Below are positions 16,142-28,105 of a DNA stretch of 64,000 nt, piece after piece. Location: the NCBI GenBank assembly GCA_032718475.1, contig JAUCBJ010007712.1, positions 41,721 through 105,720 of the forward strand, read 5' to 3'. The position numbers and the translations under genes are program-made. Under the pieces are notes generated by a model that was not told where the DNA came from, did no database searches, and saw only the letters and a program-made list of their open reading frames with translations. Numbering within the stretch: the stretch's first letter is position 1; each line of letters starts with the position of its first letter. The stretch comes from Nemertoderma westbladi (lineage: Eukaryota > Animalia > Xenacoelomorpha).

Positions 16142-16232
16142 CATCCTTCAACTTCTCGCGATCTTGGACCCGCCACGTCGGCAGCTTTACATTCACATGC
16201 ATCCGCTATTTCGGTTCGATCTAATTCATCTC
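16142..16232 (-). CDS. Possible isolated internal exon (DELDRTEIADACECKAADVAGPRSREVEG)
   Basis: TGCAG| acceptor with a weak pyrimidine tract, a perfect G|GTAAGT donor, and an open frame in a GC-richer patch. Confidence 0.3.
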
Positions 16233-16989
16233 CTGCATTTATTGATGACTCACGATGAAGATTGTAGGCCTCCCTCAGAGCGCTATAAATTTAAATGAAG
16301 TGAACAGGGGTCATAATTGGACGAATTAATGCGATGAGTTATAATTTCCTTATATTAATTCAAATACTCTTTCCTCTTTTCAAACCATAGAAAACAACCA
16401 AATAGAATAATACTTCTTTAGTACATATGTGGTCCTTAAACCAGTAAAATAATACAACATTAAAATGTCAAATTTAAGTCAACAAATTTATTGTTAACTA
16501 TAACCAATTCTGGGATTCAACAATAAGATAATAATATAATATGTACAGCGTACGGCATAGTATACTTCGTCATGTACACATGTATACATACGTTACAATA
16601 TCTTACCAAGTAACCTTTCCTTGAGTAACCTAAAATTGTTATGAATTTTGAATGAATTGAAAAAATAATGAATTGAATTTTGAAACGCTGGATGGCGCAA
16701 GTCTTATTACATACAGAGTTTGAGTAAAGCGAAAACAGATTATAAACAGCGGAAGTTACAACCTACGCTTTTACAGATTTTCATTATAGCTCGTCATATA
16801 GTTAGTCTGCAAATCTTTTTTCATCCAAAAACTCTTCGAAACATAGCTGCTTCCCCCGCCATTCTTAGTTACTTAGTTGGTATTCGTCTATGATAATAGT
16901 TGTTATTAGATAGAACTTTTAGCTGACATCATAATCAAGTTCTAGAGTGTTACGTTCTTATATATATATATATATTACATACATATATA

Positions 16990-18790
16990 TTAAGAATGCT
17001 GTGCCGGCTTGTCGACAAAATTTCGCCACCTCAACTCCCTATCCCCCATGACATTTGCTAGATCATCCACATCTTCAAGGCCAGTGCCCTTTAGGATGCG
17101 TCTCAAGAAAGTCATGGGCTGTCCACCATGCTTATGCGCTCCATGAGGGCGCCAAAGCATAAGGTTATACTCTATCTGGTCCTCACGGCGAAAGCGGAGG
17201 CGGTTCCGTTCAAGTGTCAAGCTAGGGGAGATTAATTGAACACCTCCAATATTGTATAAAGTCTGGTTGGATATATGTTCAGTGTACTTGACACAGTGAA
17301 CCCAGCGCAGCATTCTTGTGAAAGTGCCATCCAGTGATTTATTATTATTGATAGTAACAATGTGTTGGCAAGCTGTATTTTTCGAGGTGTTTGTTATTAT
17401 ACATTAATTTTATTATAGGAAGGGATCTTGGGGTCGAAAAAAAAAAAAAAAAAAAAAAAGAAAAAAAAATTACGCGATTCCTAAATTTGTACACTACCCG
17501 GTTAAAAAGTACGCATGTGATGGGATTAGTCCTACAATTGCGCCAATAAAAGATAAGTTATTTTCGGTAAAATAAACTTATCATTCGAGGCTAAGACCCC
17601 AAGATCCCTTCCTATAATAAATCCAGTGATTTGGTATCCTCCGCAGTTAGAGCCCAGCATGGGCTCCCATATAAAAGTACTGGTACTACTTCTGCCATAA
17701 ATTATCGAACCTTTGGTCCCGTTTTATTCTATGAGACTTCCAAATCCAGGACAGACTATTTAATGCTGCCCATGCCTTCCCCTTACGTTAGTTTGCTGAA
17801 CATACGTGGTCGGGTGACTGAGTCGAAGGCTTTAAAGAAGTCAACAAAGATAATCGCCAGTTGTCTGTCTTTCTTTATTGATAACTCTTTGATTATCCTT
17901 CTGAATGCCGGAATATGCTCCATGGTCCCACGACCTTTACGGAACACATTTTGGTTCCCAGGTGTACGTATCAGTCTCTCAACAGGATCCCTGATGCGAT
18001 TTAATATAATTATGTTGTATAGCTTTTCAGCAATCGAGATTAATGAGATTCCACGAAAAGATCCACGGGTTGTTAGGTTGACCTTCTCTGGGGTTCGGAC
18101 CAACTTATTTGTTTTCAGTTTTTGTGGGACTCTCTTTGTCCTATACATGTCCACAATAATGAGCTCCAAGCTCCAATTGGCCACGCCATCTACTCCACTG
18201 GCACGATTGGTTTTGATGCTCCTAGCTGCAATCTTGATTTCAGCAAAGGAGATGTCCCCAATGAGGATATCTGTGAGCACAGACTCTGATATACATGATG
18301 TACCTCAAAGTTATCAGACAATACCCTGTCATTGTTTAGAAGCTTCTCGAAGTCTCCCTTACAACCATTGAGGCGTTCAGCTGGAGATTCAGCCTTAACC
18401 TTGGTAGTTGGTTGCCTTTTCCTCCCAGTGTGCAGGTTTATTGATTGCCATTCCTCGGCTGATTGCCTGCTATCATCGGCATTGTTAATGGCATCAACCT
18501 GCTTATTGGTAAGCTCCTTCAAATTATCAGAGTACAGCCTGTTTAGGGACCTAGATGCAGCCTTAACTGCATCATTGGCTGTCCTCGTGTGCCCGAGTCG
18601 GCGGGACTCATTCTGCGCCTTAGTGAGGCCATTTCGGCACTTCCGAATTCTGTGATCAGTCCAGGGGGCCTTTTCCTGTTTCGAGGGTATTCGAGCGTAT
18701 CGTGATCTGTTGCCTCAGAGGCGAGAACCTCGTACCTGTTGCTCAGTTTTAGTGTGAAGTCTCTTCCCGCTGGGCTCATGTTCCAACTAG
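16990..18790 (-). mobile_element. Decayed RTE-clade LINE (pre-RT, RT N-terminus, internal deletion, C-terminus)
   Basis: FRGISLISIAEKLYN, IFVDFFKAFDSV, VLLYGSPCWAL and SLDGTFTRMLR. The RT core is missing around 17785. There is a (TA)n stretch at the 3' end. Confidence 0.9.
17341..17620. mobile_element. Insertion into the LINE containing a 27-bp inverted repeat (MITE-like)
   Basis: TTTATTATAGGAAGGGATCTTGGGGTC (about 17409-17435) has a perfect reverse complement at 17595-17621. The insert is flanked by duplicated ATCCAGTGATTT (17329-17340 and 17621-17632); removing it restores DTKSLDGTFTR. Confidence 0.8.
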
Positions 18791-18952
18791 GCCAAACAAC
18801 CCCCTGCTAAACATCATGAAGCATGATAGTTTCACCTCTCTCTACTGAGTGAGTTTTTTCCAACCATCCTTTGGAAATACCTGAGATAAGGCGTTCTAAT
18901 GTTGCTTCACTTTGTATCAAGGTGTACTAAATAACAGGTCACTATAACAGGC

Positions 18953-19480
18953 CGATCTTTTCCCTATTTATGGCACTTGTTTCAAAATATTTCCTTAGAA
19001 ACTTCTTTTATGCTACTTTTCTTACGTGGATATGATGAATAGGGTTCATAGAAATGTAATAAAATATGCAATTATTAGAAAAAAAGAACAGGCCCCAGGC
19101 ACGTCAGTTGCAAATGATATAAATAGTAAATAGTAGCCCAATTTCTAGGTGGCGGTCATAATGTGAAATTATCGTTACACCCATCGCTATGGAAACGGGT
19201 TTGAAAAAAAAAATACCTTTCAAATATTCTGATAGACTTTTACTACTTTACTCACCTGCCAAATCTCAAAAACAGAATCCCTCATGGTCTGAAATTACAG
19301 ACGCGCAAAGTTTGAACTTAGCACCCGGTTACCTTGACAACAACAATAAAAAAATTCCAGAAAGACATTTCATCACATTTCTATGAACCCTAGTCATCAT
19401 ATCCACCTCACAAAAGTAGCATGAAAGAAGTTTCTAAGGAAATATTATTAAAATAGAGCCATAAATAGGGAAAAAATCGC
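18953..19480. mobile_element. MITE with imperfect terminal inverted repeats of about 100 bp
   Basis: TTTCCCTATTTATGGC...GGGTTCATAGAAATGT (18958-19057) is mirrored by ACATTTCTATGAACCC...GCCATAAATAGGGAAA (19375-19473). Confidence 0.85.
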
Positions 19481-19924
19481 CCCACGCTAATTTCAGCAAT
19501 CCGCTCGCTGCTCGACCTGTATCTTGTTTGTATCCACAGGAAGCCATTAATTTGATTTAATTAATACCCAATATTCTGGAACATTTTATTTTATCTCATA
19601 AGTAGCAGAATTAGGGTAACGATATAATCCATATTATTTTACTATTACTATTGCGTAGCTATTCTTACAAATACAACATGTTTTAGTATTTATTATATAG
19701 AATAAATAGCCAGGAGAGTATGATGAAAGCGCATGCGACTTTTAAACGTCCAATTCTCAGCTATTTCGTAACAATTCAGATTTCATTACATACCGGTATT
19801 AGGTATACAATTTCATTAAGATTTCTTGAAAACTTGGGGGGTGGGAGGAGGGGGGAGTTCCATATCAATGAATTACTGTACATTGACGAAATCCCAAAAA
19901 CCCCCATCACCCATGAAATTTCCT

Positions 19925-20330
19925 GGATCATCCGCATCTTCAGGGTCAGTTTAAGAAGCGTCTCACAAAAGTCATGGGCTGTCCACCATGCTTATTTTCT
20001 CCATGAGGCCGCCAAAGCACAATATTGTGCACTGGCTGGTCCTCATGGCCCCATATAATATATATAATAAAATATATTATTGAATGATGTGTTGGTCATC
20101 GCCCACCAACCGAGGTATAAAAACCAGTCGAGATTCATTCAACAACTATATATATAGGGCCTAAAGACATATAATACTGTAATAATATTATATATCTATG
20201 GGACTGCCAAATCCCGGGCAGACTCGTCAATGCTGCCCATGCCTTCCTTATAAGTATCCGAAGATCTCTACGTGATCCTGAATGGGGCCTGCTCTTCTTT
20301 AATACAGTGTCACATGGACTATGTGTGCTC
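19925..20330 (-). mobile_element. Small fragments of the same RTE family
   Basis: AAGTCATGGGCTGTCCACCATGCTTAT matches about 17109-17135, and AATGCTGCCCATGCCTTCC matches 17762-17780. Confidence 0.75.
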
Positions 20331-21146
20331 TTTGTGGTATGAAGGCTTAACTAACCAGCTTAAATGTAAATTACAAGTAACTCAGAATAAAGTTATAATA
20401 CGATTTATTAAAGACTAACAAACCTAGGCACCATACCTCCTACAGTAACTCCATATGACTTTTCTTAATCTGAACTACTTGGACAGTAGGTTTAAGTATC
20501 TACGCCTTAAGGGGGTAGGGGTAGCACCCTCAAATGGAACCTCATATTTTGGTGTCTCTGGACCCTAAAATTGGGTAAAAAATATTTTTTGTGAACAATT
20601 AATGTTTTAAAAAAATACATGTTTTTATAAAAAATACATGTTTTTATATAAAATACATGTTTTTATAAAAAATCTTTTTTTTGTTTAAATTTTTAAAAAC
20701 ATACGGTAGCTGTTTAAGAATAGCCAAACTTGGACCATTTTAAAAAGGACCCAAAAAGGGCTACTTTTAGTACCTTTTGATCCAAAATGGCTCCTGAGGA
20801 TTTTCAGCGAAAATTTATTGGCAATGGTATCCCGAACGAGTGTACCAAATTTTAACTAATTTTAGTAAAAAATTCTGGAAAAATAGCGTTTGGAATATTG
20901 TTTTTACATAATGTATAAATAAATTTATCTCTATCTAAACTGCGACAACTATGGAGAAACGGAAAGCTCGCAAGGACCTCCTTTCCACTGCACTCTCTGA
21001 GCTCGCTTCACTCGACCTTGTAGTAGTACTGTAGTAGAAAATTGCGAATTAGTTCTGGGTTACTGTGTTACCCCCTATTTCACCCTAGATTGTGGAGTTT
21101 ACCTTTAACTACTTGAGATATATTTTGATTGATTTATAGTTCTCAC

Positions 21147-21349
21147 CTTGTAGTATTACTTTTCTTTGTGTTTGTGGTCTGGGACAGTTTTCCACTTGTT
21201 ATTAGATCTGCGCAACCTTTGAATGTGAGCTCCTCGCTGAATGGGTTGTTGTATAATGTAATATTCTTAATGAATTCGGTATCATCGGGTTGGACGTTAT
21301 TTGCAATGCATATTTGGTGTAGCAGCGATAGTGTCACGTATTCCTCCAT
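21147..21349 (-). CDS. Internal exon of an unrecognised spliced gene (phase 0 to 2)
   Basis: Acceptor TTTTTACTTTACCCAG| and donor AAG|GTGAGA. Only one frame is open (MEEYVTLSLLHQICIANNVQPDD...), and its phase matches the 26299 donor. Confidence 0.65.
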
Positions 21350-22029
21350 CTGGGTAAAGTAAAAACTCGTCCGGTTTGTCTAATCCAAGATTCCATAATG
21401 GTCCTTTGATGATCTTGGTATGTATGGAAGTCAGATAAGGAGGGGGTGGGGGAGGGGGGTTAATTGTAAACAGATAGGTGAGGACAGGGGGGATCCTGGA
21501 CGCAATCAAAAAGCACTCCTCCCCAGTGGAAAATCGACGCGACACGAATATATTCCATGCCCCGGAGACACCCACCCCCCCCCCCCCCCCCTATCCCCAA
21601 TTTTTTTCTACAAATCTTAATGAGATTGCAAGTAATTTGAAACAAAGATTGTTTCACCTCCCTCATCCTTCATGGATGAGCCAGAATTTGAATTCCGGTT
21701 TCAATCTGTAGCAATTTAGTTTTAAAAAAATGAATCCGCTCATATTTCACCAGTTACACTGCAGTAATTCTTCAAACTTATAGTTATTTGTTGGTACCAA
21801 TGAAAAGCTGGCCGTGCACGGATTACAAATTATAAATTTTTCAGAAATAGCTGAGCCATTTGTATTCGAAAGTTGCATGTATTTATTACTCCCGGTACAG
21901 GCCCTTTTTTATATTTAATAAATTCGCCATATTCTGGAACATTTTGCTTTATCTCATAAGTAGCTGAGGAACAAGGCTATGTCTATATAATAATACTAGC
22001 ACATAGTTATTCTGTGCTCTTTTATGTCC

Positions 22030-23960
22030 CTCTAGTGATTCTGAGAGTACTCCTAAGTCATCAGCAAAGTCTAGATCAGTTAGGCAATTTGCAGGATTTC
22101 CTCGTCTTCTGGAGCCAGTAGGTGGAGTTACCATCACCCCATCATCATTATGATGATCTAAGGACATGCGTAGAACATAGTCAACCCCAATTATGAACAA
22201 GAATGGCTCAAGTCTCCCTGGAGGACTACCCCATAACACTTCAAATGGTTCTGTGTCAACAGTAGACACAAATGTTGTTGAACCATCGTATACTGATCTG
22301 ATTGCTGCATCCCAGGAATCCCATATAATGAAAGTATGCTGAACATACGTGAGCGAGAGACTGAATCAAAGGAATCCCATATAATGAAAGTATGCTGAAC
22401 ATACGTGAGCGAGAGACTGAATCAAAGGCCTTGAAGAAGTCATCAAGGATAACAGCCTGTCTTTCTTTTTGGATAACTCTCCAATTATCCTTCTAAGTGC
22501 CAAAATGGGCTCCATGGTCCCACGACCTTTACGGAACCCATTCTGATTTCCACGGAGCAGTCTCTCAATGGGATCCCTGATGCAATTTAATATAATTCTA
22601 TTGTATAGCTTTGCAGCAATCGAGATCAATGAGATTCCCCGAAAAGAACAATAGAGTGTTAGGTTGCCCTTCTTGGGAACTGGCACCAACTTATTTGTTT
22701 TCATTTTTTGTGGGACTCTTGTTGTTCGGTACATGTCTACTATGATGGGATAGATGAGCTTCAAACACTCAGGCATTTTAAAGATCTCAGGGGGTGCACA
22801 ATCTACTCCACTGGCACGATTGGTCTTAATACTCTTTGCAGCAGCCTTTACTTCTGCAAAGGAGATATCGCCAATGGGAATATCGGGAGTACAGACTCAG
22901 ACACTTTTACTTCTATAAAGTTATCAGTCAATACCCTGTCATTATTCAGGAGCTTTTCAAAGTGGGCCTTCCTACTATTGAGGCGTTCGGCTGGTAATTC
23001 TGCCTTAACCTTGGTGGTTGGTTGGCTTTTCCGCCAAGTAAGAGAGTTGATCGATTTCCATGCCAGGGATGATTGCCTGCTGTCCTCGGCATCATTGATG
23101 GCATCAACCTGTTGGTTTATTAGCCCCTGTAGAATAACAGAGTACTGCCTGTTCAGGGACCTAGATGCAGTTAACTAACCTAACCTAACTAAACTGCATT
23201 CTTGGCCGCAATAGTGATAATTCATTGAGTTAATGATGGTTGATTCATAGTATAAATATAATTAAGTTTATTGCGAGATAGTCCGCAATAGTCTGTTTAA
23301 GTCGGGACTCTTTCTGGGCCTTATAGAGGTCATTTCGGCAATTCTGAATTTTATGGTCAGTCCATGGGGCCATTTTCCTGTTTCGAGGGTATACAGGAAC
23401 TGTTTCTGCAGCTCCTTCTGTGAAGGCAGTATAGCCATCGCAGTGATCTGCCGCCTCAGAGTCAAGGACCTCATACCTGTTGCTCAGCTTTAGTGTGAAG
23501 CTGGGTCACAGTATATCACAGTGGTCTGTTGCAACAGAGAGGACCAGTCATGCCGCGGCAAGGCAGATTTCGTTGTTCTGGTAGCACGCAGACTAAGTCT
23601 TCTTGGCCACAATAAGGCGGTGATCACTGGAGAAGGGTCGTAGTGTAAATACATTACAGTCTTGTATAGAGCTCCTGTATTTCCTACGAAACAGAACATT
23701 GTCTATCTGGGACTTGTGACCACTGGGTCCACTATGAGTCCATAGCTTTCCAGTTCGCTTCTTGAACTGGGTTCCAGCCGAAAACAATCCATTTCCAGAG
23801 ATAAAATCCTGAAGATGGATGGAATTTCGGTTAACACTATCGCTATAAACCCGGGGCGATGTAGGTGATTGATGCAGACTTGCATTAAAGGTTCCCAGGA
23901 ATGTTAAGAATGCATGCTGATCCACTCCATCAGTAGCTGCTTGTAGATTGTGGTAGAAAC
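22030..23960 (-). mobile_element. Decayed RTE-clade LINE with APE endonuclease and RT
   Basis: EN end (LWTHSGPSGHKSQIDNVLF...SSDHRLIVAK) and RT motifs (VPVPKKGNL, NQNGFRKGRG, FLFIIGVDYVLR, LDFADDL). It carries frameshifts, a 56-bp tandem duplication at about 22315-22427 and an AT-rich insert at about 23170-23275. Confidence 0.92.
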
Positions 23961-24249
23961 AATTAAACTCTTGTAGCTAAATAATAAAAGCGAAATTTGA
24001 GTGGCAATTTGTAACTTTGTACCGGCACTACTCAATTGTGGAAAGTATAAAACAATAAGGCTACTAATCAAATTCTATAAATAGACCCAATTATGGATTT
24101 ACTTTAATTGCAATGAATTAGTAACAATGATATTTATACTCTTTGAGTCCGTAGGCCCCTATTGGGTACATCGCTGTTTTCCATGAAAATGTTGGAATTC
24201 TAATTTTTTTTTTCTTGAATCAACTATTGGGACACTAAATGATAATATT

Positions 24250-25275
24250 GGGAACAGTTCCGTATGCAGTCCCATTATTATAACATTAATCATTGCGTTA
24301 CCATGGCAACATTGGAGAGTTCTAAAACAAAATATAATTATTATACACTATTCTAGAACATAAACAAAATAAAAAATATAATGTTCTAGAAAATATAGCT
24401 AGTCATTTTTCAAATTTAAAATGGCTAGAAGTAATTAAAAAAACTACATTTTTTAAAACATAAATAATTGTTACCATGCACAAAATGTAAACTGCTATAA
24501 TATCCTCAATATTTTTTGTCATTAACATATTCTGCAACAGTTTAAACATGAAATATCAATGTTTTCATATTTTTTTATAATTACAAAAATTACTAGCTAG
24601 TAAAAAAAACACTAGCTACCATAAAAACATATCTACTAATGTTCTAGTACACAAAAAAATGCAGTATTATTTTAGAAATTTCAAAAAAAAGGGAACAGTT
24701 CCGTATGCAGTCGCATTTTCTATAAAACTTTTACGAAATATATAGGCATATATTATGACTAATCTAGCTCTTTTAACAGCTAGTCTACTAGCTTGTATAA
24801 AAATTGTGTTCTAGAACAAAAATATTTTTCAAAATTGATAGCCAAGACGTGTTCTATAATATTTATAAAAAATTAACAAAAACTAGGCCTAGCTGGTATA
24901 AAATGTTAATATTTAATAAATCATGTTTGTAAAGATTACTAGCTAGTCGATTAGCTAATGTTCTAGAACACAATATTGTTTTTGAAAAATATTGCAATGA
25001 AGTCAGTGGTGATATTACTATGCAGAAAGTACATAATTTAATTAATTAATATCAAAATATCAAATGCGACTGAATACGGAACTCTAGCCAAAAAATGTTA
25101 ATATATAATAAATCATGTTTTGAAAAACTACTATCTAGTCTATTAGCTAATGTTCTAGAACACAATATTTTTTTTTAATGTTGCAATGAAGTCAGTGGTG
25201 ATATTACTATGCAAAATGTTCATCATTTCATTAGGCTAATTAATATCAAAATATCAACTGCGACTGCATACAGAG
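24250..25275. mobile_element. Foldback-like AT-rich element with internal duplications
   Basis: GGGAACAGTTCCGTATGCAGTC at 24250 and 24691, with inverted GCGACTG(A/C)ATAC copies at about 25066 and 25260. There is a tandem duplication of about 190 bp (24900-25270) and many TTCTAGAA palindromes. Confidence 0.55.
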
Positions 25276-25336
25276 CGACCACATATCTAGCCATAATATT
25301 TTACCTCTCTCGGAAAAACTCTCTGATCTAACAGCC

Positions 25337-25592
25337 TAATCTTTCCCAAGGCACTACCACGGCCTAACGCACCATAACACCGTACAGCACTTTAACTTAG
25401 ATTTATTGGTTTATTTTTTTGGTTAGGGTTAGTTGGTCAGGCCCAAACCCTAATTAATTAGTTAATTAAACTAATTAATTAACCTTAATCTTTCCCAAGA
25501 CACTACCACGGCCTAACGCACCATAACACCGTACAGCACTTTAACTTAGATTTATTGGTTTATTTTTTTGGTTAGGGTTAGAAACCCTAATT
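25337..25592. repeat. Direct duplication of about 95 bp ending in GGTTAGGGTTAG / AAACCCTAATT
   Basis: TAATCTTTCCCAAG...GGTTAGGGTTAG occurs at about 25337 and about 25486. Confidence 0.8.
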
Positions 25593-26298
25593 AAAACTGT
25601 CATGTAACTCTAACCCTAAGTCATGAGGTTATAATCTAAGAAAGTTTGTGGAATTTTCGATCCCATTAATATGGTAAATTTCTTAATTATTATGTTTTTT
25701 GTTTAATTTGTAATTGTAATAGACCTAGTGAATTTCTTACAGTACTTATCTTTTGTATTAATTGTTCATTTGAATTTTGGATTATAATAGATAATTTCGT
25801 ATTAAGTGTTGTATATAAATTTCAAAGTGTTTCTCACAGAGATGGGTGTATTTGAGTTTTTGTTAACAGTAATACAGTAATAAGAAAGAGTCTGACAGTC
25901 AAGTATAGCAGTTTTGATAGTCCAAAAAATATAGGGCACAAACTACGTATTTAGGCCTATATAGCGCATAAAAGAATTAGAAAAAAAATATGGCATTTGA
26001 GTAAAAAATATAGGGCAAAAAAAATAAAAACTGTATGGCTATACTGTAGGGCAAAAAAATAACTGCCATTTCAAATGAACTATGTCAGTCAGCAGTAAGT
26101 CAGTCATCAATTGTCTGAACTGTAAGGCGTGAGGTTAGCTGACTTTGTGGCTCATCCCACATAACTGCATAATAAAAAATGAAACTTTGCTACCACTAAC
26201 AAATTTTGTGTGTTTGAGATTGATAACGTATGCTAATGCTAAGTTCGCTTACTTTCGTGGCCCGCCCCACATATACAGTATGTTACTATACTTCGTAC

Positions 26299-26471
26299 CT
26301 GCATCTTCATTTTTGTGTTTTTACGATCTATATGCTTTTGTAAGTCATCTTGTTGTTGTTTTCGCTGTCGAGCTGCCATTTGTCGAATTCGAATATCAGC
26401 TTGATGTATTCGATAGAGTTTATCATACGTTGCGAATCGTCTTTTAAGGTTTAATCGCGACATCGTAATAT
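26299..26471 (-). CDS. Internal exon of an unrecognised spliced gene (phase 1 to 0), basic and coiled-coil-like
   Basis: Acceptor CCCATTTTCTAG| and donor CAG|GTACG. The 173 nt are open as (D)ITMSRLNLKRRFATYDKLYRIHQADIRIRQ...KMKMQ. Confidence 0.6.
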
Positions 26472-26894
26472 CTAGAAAATGGGTCAATTCCACCCGCGGC
26501 TACATTTATTTTGGGTACTTTCATATTAGCTAGTTCGTTTTTAAAATTTCCTTTAAAATTTTTTAGGAACATGTTCGCTAATGATTAAAATAAAAACAGA
26601 TGTTCTGAAACAAATATTTTTTGTTCTAGAACAATTTTCAGACCAATTTTGCAATTTTTTAAATGTTTTGAAACATGTTAGTATATATTTAAATAAAAAT
26701 TAATTTTCTGGAATGAATATATTTATTGTTCTAGAACATTTTTTTAATTATAACAACACAATAAAAAGTAGTCAGGGGTTGAACTATAATAACAACATGT
26801 AGCCACTGGCGGAACTATAAAAACAAAATGTAGCCGCGGGCCGAACTATAAGAACAAAATGTAGTCACGTGCGGTAACCATACAGTATACAGAT

Positions 26895-27126
26895 AGGGGG
26901 GGAAACTGGACGCAATAAAAATGCATCCCTCTCCAGGGGAAATTCGACGCAAATAACATCTGATTACTCTCAAACATAAAACTGTAACCTGTTCTATTGT
27001 GTTCAGTTTATTGTTTTGGTTAAAATAACATGCCACTGTAACCTGCTACTTTCCCTAAATTGAGAAATTAACATTGAGACGGGATTTTAATTCGCCAAGG
27101 CGGGTTTTGCGTCCAGTTCCCCCCCT
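26895..27126. mobile_element. MITE with G7-AAACTGGACGCAA terminal inverted repeats
   Basis: GGGGGGGAAACTGGACGCAA ... TTGCGTCCAGTTCCCCCCC. Related pieces occur at about 21487-21540, 39865-39945 and 58110-58225. Confidence 0.75.
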
Positions 27127-27451
27127 GTTTCACAGTATAAAATGATACATTTTATTGTAAAGAATTACACGTTAAAAAATTACATTAACGACCTGTAAAA
27201 ATTGTAATTAATTAAATTTATTATTGTACTTTAATTGAGCAATATTAAACTTGCTACTCATATCTATATTCGTTACTATTTGGTTATATGCTATTGGTAC
27301 CGCATTTGGTATGAAAGTGTAAAAATTAAGATTAATTAATAATGATCTAGTGTAGAACAGGTCCGGGAATAAACTGTGGTGCAATAAAGTCCCCCCCCCC
27401 CCCCCCCCTCCGGCCGCCTGTACTGTATATAATACTGCCATTATTTGTTAC

Positions 27452-27696
27452 CTGTAAAATCATCAAGGAATGGTATCCATACAGGTGTAGGTGTTGGAAT
27501 ATCGCTGTGGCGAAAGTTATAGTAATGTATTTCTCTGCCACTGTTTAAGTATAGGTTTGGTGTGCAGATTCCAATTAAGCATTTCATGTTCCTAATATCA
27601 TCAATTCTTTCAACTCGATGATCGACATCATTACTGGATTTTTTTGAATTTTTGGCGGAAGTTGAACAACATTGCACTGACGGCATGATCATTGGC
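27452..27696 (-). CDS. Exon of the same unrecognised gene (ends in phase 1; may carry the start ATG at 27692)
   Basis: Acceptor TTTTATTGATATAG| (alternative AACAG| at 27541) and donor CAG|GTAAC. The open frame reads ...HYYNFRHSDIPTPTPVWIPFLDDFT and joins 26471 in phase. Confidence 0.5.
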
Positions 27697-28021
27697 CTAT
27701 ATCAATAAAATTATGAAATTGAAATTTGTACTTGATTAGTTCATGTTTTAATTTCTGAAAATTAATGAACGTATAATTAGGGAACTTATTGTTGTTGTAT
27801 TATTGCTATTCGAGAATGTAGATATTATATTGACATGGAAACCTTACAAGTGGAAGGAAGCACAAGTACAACCTTACAACGTTCCTTAAAATTGGAATTT
27901 GTATTGTAAGCCTAATTAATTAGAATGAGCGAATTTACACCATGTCCCTGAAGCGGGGCCGAATGTATTAGTGTCTTATTTGGCACCACCACTGCCCAAT
28001 CAGTGAGCAGCTTCGACTCAC

Positions 28022-28105
28022 CTTCACTCCGCTCGCGGTCACCGCTGAAGGAGTCTGGTGGAAGGAAGCCTCCCACTTCCTGCACCACCTCGCGACACAC
28101 CTCCC
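28022..28105 (-). CDS. Candidate 84-nt exon in a GC-rich island
   Basis: Acceptor CCTTCCACTCCTCCTTACAG| and donor AAG|GTGAGT. It is open in phase 1-1 (EVCREVVQEVGGFLPPDSF...), but its phase does not match 27696, so it may be alternative or UTR. Confidence 0.4.

Noticed and set aside
19256-19288. 33-nt micro-exon with a strong donor
   Set aside because: It lies inside a MITE and gives a stop codon in the phase required by the upstream exon.
25420-25620. Interstitial telomere (TTAGGG) array
   Set aside because: Only one or two units at a time, inside a local duplication.
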